A stretch of DNA of 64,000 bases from NCBI RefSeq assembly GCF_013149785.1, contig NZ_JABEZU010000003.1, positions 62,001 to 126,000 of the forward strand. Reading direction: 5' to 3'. This DNA is from Isoptericola halotolerans. Its GTDB lineage: Bacteria > Actinomycetota > Actinomycetes > Actinomycetales > Cellulomonadaceae. Positions 55,083 to 64,000 of this stretch are shown here, piece after piece. How positions within the stretch are numbered: position 1 is the first letter of the stretch; each line of letters begins with the position of its first letter. The translations under genes and the position numbers were made by a program. Under the pieces are notes generated by a model. That model saw only the letters and a list, made by a program, of their open reading frames with translations, was not told the origin of the DNA and did not search any database.

Positions 55083-55154
55083 GGGCGATTGGCGCAGTGG
55101 TAGCGCGCTTCGTTCACACCGAAGAGGTCACTGGTTCGAACCCAGTATCGCCCA
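55083..55154 (+). tRNA. tRNA-Val(CAC)
   Basis: GGGCGATTGGCGCAGTGGTAGCGCGCTTCGTT-CAC-ACCGAAGAGGTCACTGGTTCGAACCCAGTATCGCCCA. Confidence 0.96.
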
Positions 55155-55166
55155 CCGAGCAGAAGA

Positions 55167-55198
55167 GCCCCTGACCCGCCGTAGCGCAGGTCAGGGGC
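55167..55198. terminator. Hairpin after tRNA-Val(CAC), overlapping the stop of the convergent methyltransferase
   Basis: GCCCCTGACC...GGTCAGGGGC 10-bp stem followed by CTTT. Confidence 0.65.
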
Positions 55199-55802
55199 CT
55201 TTAGCGTTCATGGTGCCGCGGCGTCGCATCCGGTACCACCGTGGTGCGGTCCGGTTCATCGGGAAGCCCAGCCCCGAGGTGTCGGCAGGCTCGACGGAGA
55301 GCAGCTCCCAGCGGGCGAACGCCGCCTCGACCTCGTGGGGTGCGACGCCCTCGGTCATCCAGCGCAGCCGGGGCCCGAAGGCCAGCAGCAGCAGGGTCGC
55401 CCCCGGTGCGGCGAGCGCGGTCACCCCACGCCCGACGTCGGTCCGCTGCTCCGCAGTCAGGCCTTGGAGGCACCCGACGTCGAGGAAGAGGTCGAAGGTC
55501 CCGACGCCGGCGGACTCGAGGTTCGTCACGTCGCCCACCACGTAGGTGGCCCGCGCCGGTGCCGTCCGTCTCGCCGCGTCGATCGCGCGCGGGACGAGGT
55601 CGATCCCGACGGCTTCCCATCCTCGTCGTGCGAGCGTGGACGTGTGCTGGCCGCGTCCGCACCCGAGGTCGAGCGCCCGGCCGAACGGTGGGCGCCGCTC
55701 TGCCTCCTCGCGGTCGAGCAACGGCCCCAGCCCGGCGGTCCCACCCCGGTACCTCTCCCACGGAGTGAGGCCGAGCCGGTACAGCATCGCGTAGTTCGTC
55801 AT
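55191..55802 (-). CDS. Class I SAM-dependent methyltransferase
   Basis: TPW, LDLGCGRG, GIDL, GDVT, FDLFLDVGC; start ATG after GGAGG. Confidence 0.88.
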   Translation of the reverse strand: MTNYAMLYRLGLTPWERYRGGTAGLGPLLDREEAERRPPFGRALDLGCGRGQHTSTLARRGWEAVGIDLVPRAIDAARRTAPARATYVVGDVTNLESAGVGTFDLFLDVGCLQGLTAEQRTDVGRGVTALAAPGATLLLLAFGPRLRWMTEGVAPHEVEAAFARWELLSVEPADTSGLGFPMNRTAPRWYRMRRRGTMNAKGP

Positions 55803-55960
55803 GCGAGCGCCCTCCCCGGTCCCATGACAGCACGCCCGGTCACCGGCGTCCATGCCCAAAATGGGTGGTTCCGACGCGCGCACCTCGTGAATGTTTGGCA
55901 CCGTCAGGGTGACGAACGGCACAGGGCTGTGTGCCGGGCTGGCACCAGGTGGAGGCCTTG

Positions 55961-58900
55961 ATGAGCGATCGGCGCGGCATGACGCGACGGGGGACCGCGA
56001 CGGGTCGGCGGCCGAGAGGGCGGCGGGGGTGGTCGGTGCTGGGCGTCCTGGCCCTCGCGCTGCCCATGGTCGTTGTCCCGGCGACGACGGCGTCGGCGGC
56101 GACGTGGGGTATCCAGAAGCAGGAGCTGTCGTCCGGTCCGTACGAACCGGGGGAGCAGGTCCAGTGGTCCCTGTCGATCTCGTGCTCCGACCCGAACGCC
56201 GACCCCTGCGTCCCCACGACCCTGACGGACCCCCTGCCGGACGGGCTGAGCCTGGTCAGCGCCTCGATCCAGAGCGGGGGTGGCGCGACAGGCCCCGACC
56301 TCGTCGCCGATACAGACACCGACACTGTCACGTACACGGCGGACAGCGTGCCCAACGGCGGGCAGGTGCAGATCCTCGTCACGGCAGAGGTCGACGCGGA
56401 CATCCCCTACGGGACGACGAGCCTCACGAACACCGCGTCGGTCGTCTCGGACAACGCGGACGAGGCGCAGGCGACCGACGACATCGACATCGTGGTGCCG
56501 CTGATCGTCGACTCGGAGACCACCAAGACGATCGAGCCCGACGGCGCTCTCGCCGTACCCGGCACCTCGGCGACCATGACGATCGGCGGGACCAACACGT
56601 CGAACGACGCCGTCGACACGCTCGTCATCCAGGACCCGGTCGACCCCGCCGCCGACCCGAACCCGTTCACCTACCTGGAGTTCGTGGGATGGGGCGACGT
56701 GACCTGGCCCGCCGGGGCTACGTCGGCCGACGTGACCTACACCTGTGCCGACGGGTCGAGCCCGACGGAGAGCACCACCACCGCGGACACCCTGCCCGAG
56801 CCGCCGGCCGGTTGCGTCGTCGAGGGCTTCACCGTGGTGTTCAGCGGCGAGATCGAGCAGGGCGCGACCGCCACCCTGCCGGTCGACGTCCAGCAGAGCG
56901 ACGCGGTCACCGACCTCGCCGAGACCACCACCGTCACCAACGACACGTCGTCGTACGTGACGCACCCCGACGGCGAGTCGGACCCGACGACGGCGAGCGA
57001 CGACTACGTCATCACGCCCCCGGACAACAGCGTCGAGGCCTTCAAGAGCTTCGACCCGGCGACGGTGAGCGCCGGTGACCCGACGACCGTGACCATCGGC
57101 GGGACCAACACGGGCACCCCGGTCGACACCCTGACCATCACCGAGCCGGCACCGGGGACCCCCAGCCCGTTCGAGGGGGACGACCCGATCACCTTCACGG
57201 GGTGGGGTACCGACGGTGCCGGCGCCGGGGTGGCCTGGCCCGCCGACGCCGACGCCGCGTCCGTGACCTTCACGTGTGCGGACGGCACCACGACCGACCC
57301 GATCGACGCGACGGCCCCTGACACGCTGCCCGACCCGCCGGTCGGGTGCGAGGTCGTCGGCTTCTCGGTCACCTTCACCGGCGACATCGTCACCGGGGGG
57401 CAGGCCACCATCCCCTTCACGGCGGACACCGACCCCGACCAGGACGCCGAGGACGTCACGCACACCAACGAGATCGCGGCGAACGTCCCCAACGCCGACG
57501 ACACGGCCTCGGCGGACCTCGTGACCCTGACCGACCGGCTGGCGACGGACACGGACAAGCTCATCTCGCCGTCGACCTTCCCCGCCGTGCCCGGCCAGGC
57601 GGTCATCGTCCAGCTCCCGACGCAGCTCCTGCCGTTCGGCCCGGAGGGCTCCACCACCAACGCCGACCAGGTCGTCGTCCAGGACCCGATCGACCCCGCG
57701 AACCCGGACGACTTCTCCGAGAACTTCGTCCCGACGGCGGTCCGGTCCACGGACGTGCCGGCCAACTCCACGCTGACCGTCAACTACTGGAACGGCGCGG
57801 AGTGGGTCCCGGCGCCCGACTGCGGTCCCTACGCCGGGCCCGACACGGTGAGCTGCGACCTGCCGGCCGACGCGCAGGGCGTGCAGTTCGTCTACGACTC
57901 CACGGGCGACGGCTTCCCGCCCGGCACAAGCTTCCAGCCCAACTTCGTCGCGGAGTACACCGGCCCGACGGACCGTGACGACCCGATCGAGAACTGCGGT
58001 TCCTCCAGCGGGTCGTCCGGCACCGTGGCACCCACCGAGCCGGCGATCGGCTGCGCCACCGTGGACCCGTTCCCGGTGGACCCGGGCCCCGGACTGGACT
58101 TCATCGCCAAGGACTTCCTCGGTGAGCAACCCGTCAGCGTGCTGGCCCGCTCGGACGACCAGGTGACCGCGCAGATCACCTGGTCGACCAACGGCTTCTC
58201 CGGTGTGGACCCGATGGTCATCTCCGACATCGCCGACCCGGAGACCACCGCGATCGCCGACTCGTTCTACGACGCCTTCGACCTGGTGCGGATCGAGGCG
58301 ATCGACGCGTCCGTCGACCCCCTGATCGGGTTCGACGCCATCATCGGCGTCGAGCTGTACGACGGGACGACCTGGGTCCAGGCGACCGACTCCACCTGCA
58401 CGGTCAGTACTCCGTGCGACGGCGGCATGCCGGCGGTGGACCTCACGACCGCCGAGCAGGAGTCGACCGTCTCGGCGCGCGTGGTCTACACCGAGTCCCC
58501 GTCGCGCAGCGTCACGCCCGCCGACCCGACGGCGCCCGCCGCCGGCGACGGTGTCGCCCGGTCCACGCAGGCTGACGGCCGCCACCTGGACCTGACGTTC
58601 GAGGTGCGGGACGTCAAGCGGTCGGACGGGTCACCGGCCCTCGGCTCGACGAACGGCACGATCTACAACACGGCCGACCCTGGCCTCGTGAACGACACCG
58701 CCCGCGGTACGGCGACCTTCGACGGCGACGAGTACACGGACACCGACGACGCCGACGTCCTCATCATCGACCAGCCCCTGAACGTGACCGTCGCCAAGGA
58801 CTGGACCGGCGGGCCGATCTCGGTGCCGCCGCCCGGCACCCCCGAACAGTTCTACCCGTCGACGACGGTGACGATCGCGGGCACCAACGCCTCGGCCGCC

Positions 58901-61900
58901 AAGGTGGACCAGCTCCGTCTGGTCGAACCGGGAGCCCCCGACTCCGGCGCCCTGCAGACGGCCGACGGCACACCGCCCTTCGACGTGTTCGACCTGACGG
59001 TGATCGAGCTGACCCCACCCGACGGGGCGACGTCCACCACGGTGACGCTGACGGACGACGACGGCACCACCGAGCAGCTCGACGAGGCCGGGGCCGAGGC
59101 GCTCACCGCCGCCGACCTGGCGGACGTCGTCGGGATCGAGGTCTCCTACGACGGTCTCGTGGAGCCGGGTGCCACGGGATCGATGGACCTCACGCTGCGG
59201 CTCCGTGGGACGGACCGGTACACCGGTGAGACGCTGCTCGACGGCGAAGGCACGATCGTCACCCAGAACCCCGTGCCGAACGGGGCGGCCGCGACGATCA
59301 ACGACCCGGGCGGCACCGACGACGACGTCCGTCAGGCCTACGACGACGCGGACATGACGCTGCAGACGGCGTCGATCGAGCTCGAGGTCGGTAAGTCGTT
59401 CGACCCGGACACGGTGATCGAACCCTTCCGCGGTGCGAACCAGTCCGATGACCCGGTGGTCATGACCCTCACGGGCCAGCCGCTCGGCCCGTCGCGCAGC
59501 GTCGAGATGGTGCTCGTCGACGACGACCCACAGTTCTGGAACCAGTACGACTTCGTCGGGTTCGACCCGAGCGCCTCGCTGGTCACCCCGATCCAGCAGG
59601 TCCAGGTCGACGCGTTCGTCGGCGGCGTGTTCTCCGGCAACCCCGGCTCCCCGGACCCCGTGACGCGCGCCGGGGGCGACTGGGTCCTCGACGACGACGT
59701 CTCCGGCACCTTCGACCTGCCCGCCGGTGTAGCGCCGGAGGACGTGCAGGGACTGCGGTTCACGTTCACCCGCACCGACGGGGCGGTCTGGGAGAACCCG
59801 GCCACCCCGACGCAGCCGGTGCCGATCCAGATCCTGCGCCGCGACGACCTGCGCTCCGGGGGCGAGGTGCTGCCGGACCTCGAGGCCAACCCTCCGGCCC
59901 CGGGCGAGGACGCGCCGGGCGTGGCGAGCAACACGGTCCAGGGCTCCACCACCGGCGCCGACCTGGTGGTCGACCCCGACACCGGTGACACGGTGCCTGT
60001 CAGTGCGGACGACGACGCCGCGGCGTCGATCCTGTACCAGCACGCCACGAACGCCGTGGAGATCGTCAAGGACTTCCGCGGTGTGGTGTCCGGCGGGACC
60101 GAACCACCGGACGCCGTCGTGCCCATGAACATCACGGTCACGAACACCGGTGACCGGCCGATCGTCGACCCGGTGATCATCGACGACCCGATGCCGACCG
60201 ACGACGATGGGGCACAGCTCCGGCTCGCCGATGTCGACCAGCCGTTCTCCTACACGCTGGACGGTGCCACCCCCGACCCCGTCAACGGCGCACCCATGCC
60301 GACCGATCCCGGTGACGTGACGGTCGCCCAGTCCGGCGACATCGACTCGCTGGAGTTCACGTTCCCCGAGGGGACCGTGCTCGAGGTCGGCCAGACGTAC
60401 ACGATCACCGTCCAGGTGCAGTTCCGCGTCACCCTGGCGGCCGGGACCACGCTCGAGAACACCGCCGGCGTGATCGGGGACCGCCCGTGGGACGAGTGCG
60501 TCACGCGCCTGGACGACGGGACGGGCGCCTGCGAGGCCGACGCCGACGTCACGACCGTGCCCTCGGCGGCGCTCAGCCAGTCCAAGCTGGTCAAGGCGAC
60601 GAACGACGAGTACCCCCTGGGCCTCATCGTCGACCCTGACCAGCCCGGAGACGTCCAGCCCGAGGACTGCGTGCCCAACGCCGCCGGCTTCTACGCCTAT
60701 CCGTGCACCCCGGTCATCCCGCCGGGCGAGAGCCAGACGTGGCGGATCCGGGTGGACAATGTCGGCAACCTGCCCCTGAGCAAGGTCGTCTTCTACGACC
60801 GGTTCCCGGCGATCGGCGACACCGGTTCGTTCGCGGACTCGGAACGCGGCTCGGCCTGGGGTCCGTACTTCACCGACGACCCGCTCCCGCGGGTCGTCAA
60901 CGCCCCGGGCGACTCCACGGTCGAGTACTTCTACACGACCGTCGACGACTACTGCATGGACGACATCAACGACCCGCTCAACGAGCCGATCTGCCCGGAC
61001 GACCCGGAGACCGGCTGGGCACCGCTGACCACCGACCTGGCCGACAGCGTCCTGCAGGACATCACGGCGATCAAGAACGTCGTGACCTTCCCGGAGGGCG
61101 AGTTCTTCCAGCCGGGTCAGTTCATCGCCCTCGAGGCGACGTCGACCACGCCGCCGGAGGCGCCGGAGGCCGGCGACCGGTCGATCGCCTGGAACTCGGC
61201 TGCCGCGTCCGGTGTGGCCATCCTGCCGAGCGGGAACCAGACCAACCTGCTGCCTACCGAGGGCACCAAGGTCGGCGTCGCGACGGCCACCGGGTCGTTG
61301 AACGTCGTGAAGTTCGCCTTCGGCGACGGGTCGCAGTACGCGCCGGAGGAGTTTCAGCTCTTCGTGCAGTGCACCTCGGCCGTCGGTACCTGGGTGGAGA
61401 CGGAGCTCGAGCCGATACCGATCACCGTGCCCCTCGGAGGGGCGGTGACGGTGCCGAACCTGCCCTACGGGGCCGAGTGCACGATCGTCGAGGACGGCTC
61501 GAACGGCGAGACGGAGCTGGTCGTCGGGACGGTCACCATCGGTCAGGAGCCCGATATCGCCGGCATCACCGCCGTCAACGTCTACCAGCTGTCCAGCATC
61601 GAGATCTCCAAGGAGGTCGTCACCGACGCGGTCGACCAGGACGGCAACCCCGTGCCGTTCGGCCCCTTCGAGGCCACCGTGGAGTGCACGTTCCTCGGCG
61701 ACCCCGTGTACGCGGAGGGTTACGGCCCGGACGCACCCATGGTGGTCACCATCGAGGACGGCGAGACGGTCGAGCTGACGGGCCTCCCCGTGAACTCGGA
61801 GTGCACGGTGACGGAGACCGGGACCGGCAACGCCTCGTCGGTGACGATCACGGTGGCGCAGGCCGGTCAGGACCCCGTCGTCACCGACGGCCCGTCCGCG

Positions 61901-64000
61901 GACCTCACCCTGGAGCCCGACGTCCTGGGTGAAAGCACCAACGACGTCACGCTCACCAACACCTACGACGTCGGCGCGATCGACCTGCTCAAGGTCGTCG
62001 ACGGCGAGGGTGCGGAGCAGTACGGCGCCGGGCCGTTCACGATCGCCGTGGTGTGCACCTACGACGACGACGGCGACGGTCCGGGCGGCCCGCGGACCGT
62101 CTACGACGGTGAGGTCGTCCTCGGCGCGGCGGGCCCGCTGGACGCCCAGATCGCGAACCTGCCCGCCGGAGCGGAGTGCACGATCACCGAGATCGACGAC
62201 GGCGGCGCGACCGGTGCGGTCGTCCTGCCCGGGACGGTCACGGTGGGTGCCGGCGAGACGGCCGAGGTGATCATCACCAACACGTTCGACGTCGGGGTGA
62301 TCGAGGTCGACAAGGAGCTCGAAGGTCTCGGAGCCCTCTACGGCCCCGGACCGTTCGAGGTCACCGTGGCGTGCACGTACGAGGGTGTCGACATCCCGGT
62401 CCCCGGCGGCGCGGCGCGCGAGCTCCTGCCGGGGGAGCCCGTGACCTTCGACGGGCTCCCCGTCGGGGCGGAGTGCACCGTCACCGAGACCGACGACTTC
62501 GGTGCCTCCTCGACCACGGTGAGCGTCGACGGCGGCGAACCGGTGGACGGCACCAGCGTCGACGTGGTGGTGCCGCCCGCGGACGGTGGCGACCCCACCG
62601 CGGTGACCGTCACGATGACCAACACCTTCGCCACGGCGCCGCTGGTGGTGCGCAAGGCGGTCGACGGCGACGGTGCGGAGTTCGCCCCGCCGATGCCCGA
62701 CCTGCCGCCCCTGCCGGAGCTCCCGGATGGGCCGATCGACGCCGACACGCTCGCCGAGCTGCTGGAGCTCGTGGCGCAGTACCTGAGCGAGGTGCCGTTC
62801 GACGAGTTCCCGTACGAGGTGACCGTCGAGTGCACGACCTCCTTGGGGGAGGAGGTCCCGATCCCGGGCGGCGGCGTGCGCGCCTTCGGTCCCGGGTTCC
62901 CCGGGCTGTACTTCGGCCTGCCGGACGGGGCCACCTGCACGGTCACCGAGACGGTGACCGGCGGTGCGATCTCGGTGAGCATCGCCCCGGACCCCGTGGC
63001 GATCGACGGCGGTGCGACCGTCCTGGACCCCGTCGAGGTCGTGGTGACCAACAGCTACGACCTCGGGTCGATCGAGGTCGAGAAGGTCGTGGACGGTCCG
63101 GCGGCCGAGTTCGTCACCGCACCCTTCGAGGTGTCGCTCGACTGCACCTTCGAGGGACAGGCGATCGAGGTACCGGGCGGCGCGACCCGCACGGTGACAC
63201 CGGACGAACCGGCCACCTACGACGGTCTGCCGATCGGCGCCGAGTGCGTGGTCACCGAGACCGACGACGCCGGCGCCGCCGCCTCGACGGTGTCCACCAC
63301 CGTGGACGGCGGCGACCCGGGCGAGGTCGTGGTCCCGGGCATCGACGGCGAGGCCGTCGTGACGGTGACCAACACCTTCGCAGCGGGCTCACTGGAGGTC
63401 GAGAAGGTGGTCGACGGCGAGGGAGCCGAGCTGTGGGGCACCGGGCCGTTCGAGGTGTCGCTGGCCTGCACCTTCCAGGGCGAGGCGATCGAGGTCCCGG
63501 GAGGGGAAGCGCGCGACCTCGAGCCCGGCGACACCGTCGTCTACGACGGGCTGCCGGTCGACGCGCAGTGCGTCGTGACCGAGACCGGGACCGGTGGCGC
63601 GACGTCCACGGCGGTCGCCGCGGTCACCGACGGCGGTGAACCGGGTGCGGTGGTGGTCCCCGGACCCGACGCCGACCTGCCGACGGTGGTCGTGACGAAC
63701 ACCTTCGGCGTCGGTCAGGTCGTCGTCACCAAGACGCTCGCCGGGAAGGGCGCGGCCGAGCACACCGGCGACGTGCTGACGGTCGAGCTGGCCTGCACCC
63801 GGGACATCGACGGCGAGCAGGTCGAGATCGACGTCCCGGGCGGCGCGGAGCGCGAGCTGAGCGCGGCGGGTGACTGGTCAGCCGTCTACGAAGACCTGCC
63901 GCAGGGTGCGACGTGCACGCTGGCCGAGACCGACGCCGGTGACGCCCGGTCGGTGTCGGTCACGGTGGCCGGCGAGACGACCACGGCGGACCCGGCGGAG
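55961..64000 (+). CDS. Giant secreted/cell-surface repeat protein (DUF11/CnaB-like then DUF5979-like repeats), 3'-truncated, >2680 aa
   Basis: GGAGG then ATG 55961; basic N-region, hydrophobic core, ASA cleavage site; no closed ORF in this frame in the track and spot translations at start, 61.3-63.7 kb and end are in frame and open. Confidence 0.88.
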   Translation, partial: MSDRRGMTRRGTATGRRPRGRRGWSVLGVLALALPMVVVPATTASAATWGIQKQELSSGPYEPGEQVQWSLSISCSDPNADPCVPTTLTDPLPDGLSLVSASIQSGGGATGPDLVADTDTDTVTYTADSVPNGGQVQILVTAEVDADIPYGTTSLTNTASVVSDNADEAQATDDIDIVVPLIVDSETTKTIEPDGALAVPGTSATMTIGGTNTSNDAVDTLVIQDPVDPAADPNPFTYLEFVGWGDVTWPAGATSADVTYTCADGSSPTESTTTADTLPEPPAGCVVEGFTVVFSGEIEQGATATLPVDVQQSDAVTDLAETTTVTNDTSSYVTHPDGESDPTTASDDYVITPPDNSVEAFKSFDPATVSAGDPTTVTIGGTNTGTPVDTLTITEPAPGTPSPFEGDDPITFTGWGTDGAGAGVAWPADADAASVTFTCADGTTTDPIDATAPDTLPDPPVGCEVVGFSVTFTGDIVTGGQATIPFTADTDPDQDAEDVTHTNEIAANVPNADDTASADLVTLTDRLATDTDKLISPSTFPAVPGQAVIVQLPTQLLPFGPEGSTTNADQVVVQDPIDPANPDDFSENFVPTAVRSTDVPANSTLTVNYWNGAEWVPAPDCGPYAGPDTVSCDLPADAQGVQFVYDSTGDGFPPGTSFQPNFVAEYTGPTDRDDPIENCGSSSGSSGTVAPTEPAIGCATVDPFPVDPGPGLDFIAKDFLGEQPVSVLARSDDQVTAQITWSTNGFSGVDPMVISDIADPETTAIADSFYDAFDLVRIEAIDASVDPLIGFDAIIGVELYDGTTWVQATDSTCTVSTPCDGGMPAVDLTTAEQESTVSARVVYTESPSRSVTPADPTAPAAGDGVARSTQADGRHLDLTFEVRDVKRSDGSPALGSTNGTIYNTADPGLVNDTARGTATFDGDEYTDTDDADVLIIDQPLNVTVAKDWTGGPISVPPPGTPEQFYPSTTVTIAGTNASAAKVDQLRLVEPGAPDSGALQTADGTPPFDVFDLTVIELTPPDGATSTTVTLTDDDGTTEQLDEAGAEALTAADLADVVGIEVSYDGLVEPGATGSMDLTLRLRGTDRYTGETLLDGEGTIVTQNPVPNGAAATINDPGGTDDDVRQAYDDADMTLQTASIELEVGKSFDPDTVIEPFRGANQSDDPVVMTLTGQPLGPSRSVEMVLVDDDPQFWNQYDFVGFDPSASLVTPIQQVQVDAFVGGVFSGNPGSPDPVTRAGGDWVLDDDVSGTFDLPAGVAPEDVQGLRFTFTRTDGAVWENPATPTQPVPIQILRRDDLRSGGEVLPDLEANPPAPGEDAPGVASNTVQGSTTGADLVVDPDTGDTVPVSADDDAAASILYQHATNAVEIVKDFRGVVSGGTEPPDAVVPMNITVTNTGDRPIVDPVIIDDPMPTDDDGAQLRLADVDQPFSYTLDGATPDPVNGAPMPTDPGDVTVAQSGDIDSLEFTFPEGTVLEVGQTYTITVQVQFRVTLAAGTTLENTAGVIGDRPWDECVTRLDDGTGACEADADVTTVPSAALSQSKLVKATNDEYPLGLIVDPDQPGDVQPEDCVPNAAGFYAYPCTPVIPPGESQTWRIRVDNVGNLPLSKVVFYDRFPAIGDTGSFADSERGSAWGPYFTDDPLPRVVNAPGDSTVEYFYTTVDDYCMDDINDPLNEPICPDDPETGWAPLTTDLADSVLQDITAIKNVVTFPEGEFFQPGQFIALEATSTTPPEAPEAGDRSIAWNSAAASGVAILPSGNQTNLLPTEGTKVGVATATGSLNVVKFAFGDGSQYAPEEFQLFVQCTSAVGTWVETELEPIPITVPLGGAVTVPNLPYGAECTIVEDGSNGETELVVGTVTIGQEPDIAGITAVNVYQLSSIEISKEVVTDAVDQDGNPVPFGPFEATVECTFLGDPVYAEGYGPDAPMVVTIEDGETVELTGLPVNSECTVTETGTGNASSVTITVAQAGQDPVVTDGPSADLTLEPDVLGESTNDVTLTNTYDVGAIDLLKVVDGEGAEQYGAGPFTIAVVCTYDDDGDGPGGPRTVYDGEVVLGAAGPLDAQIANLPAGAECTITEIDDGGATGAVVLPGTVTVGAGETAEVIITNTFDVGVIEVDKELEGLGALYGPGPFEVTVACTYEGVDIPVPGGAARELLPGEPVTFDGLPVGAECTVTETDDFGASSTTVSVDGGEPVDGTSVDVVVPPADGGDPTAVTVTMTNTFATAPLVVRKAVDGDGAEFAPPMPDLPPLPELPDGPIDADTLAELLELVAQYLSEVPFDEFPYEVTVECTTSLGEEVPIPGGGVRAFGPGFPGLYFGLPDGATCTVTETVTGGAISVSIAPDPVAIDGGATVLDPVEVVVTNSYDLGSIEVEKVVDGPAAEFVTAPFEVSLDCTFEGQAIEVPGGATRTVTPDEPATYDGLPIGAECVVTETDDAGAAASTVSTTVDGGDPGEVVVPGIDGEAVVTVTNTFAAGSLEVEKVVDGEGAELWGTGPFEVSLACTFQGEAIEVPGGEARDLEPGDTVVYDGLPVDAQCVVTETGTGGATSTAVAAVTDGGEPGAVVVPGPDADLPTVVVTNTFGVGQVVVTKTLAGKGAAEHTGDVLTVELACTRDIDGEQVEIDVPGGAERELSAAGDWSAVYEDLPQGATCTLAETDAGDARSVSVTVAGETTTADPAE
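61292..64000 (+). repeat. At least 8 tandem ~100-143-aa beta-rich repeats within the giant protein
   Basis: Units start near 61292, 61592, 61973, 62294, 62636, 63065, 63386, 63713; consensus G.i.v.K...G.G.....PF.v...C......G......LP.GA.CTvtE......v.vtNtF. Confidence 0.85.

Noticed and set aside
55083..64000. Possible integrative element at tRNA-Val(CAC)
   Set aside because: No integrase and no duplicated tRNA 3' end within the window; cannot be excluded beyond the edge.

Overview
Very GC-rich actinobacterial chromosome, probably Micrococcales (inferred from gene content and order). Most of the window is conserved core synteny: truncated topo IV/gyrase A-like gene, Pat acetyltransferase, tdk, sepH, IMPase, dut, two trkA genes plus a KimA-like APC transporter, an RlmD-like methyltransferase, acnA, guaB1, dxs, fadB/fadA, rnd, gnd, zapE, pabB/pabC-like genes and six tRNAs. 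Accessory modules lie between them: mazEF9-like TA pair, TetR/hydrolase, PadR/membrane protein, twin D-Asp-ligase-like ATP-grasp genes with a racemase, a TreZ-like protein with degenerate catalytic motifs, and a >2680-aa secreted repeat protein that runs off the right end and is absent from the ORF track. Best candidate for an undescribed system: a ~190-nt, highly structured, switch-like 5' leader (34100-34296, minus strand) that can pair over the RBS-start region of a gene whose product starts with an Arg-rich helix followed by DUF4287-like and START-like domains. A second riboswitch-like leader precedes guaB1. No integrase, transposase, CRISPR array or rRNA was seen. Family names come from motif recognition by eye, not database searches.
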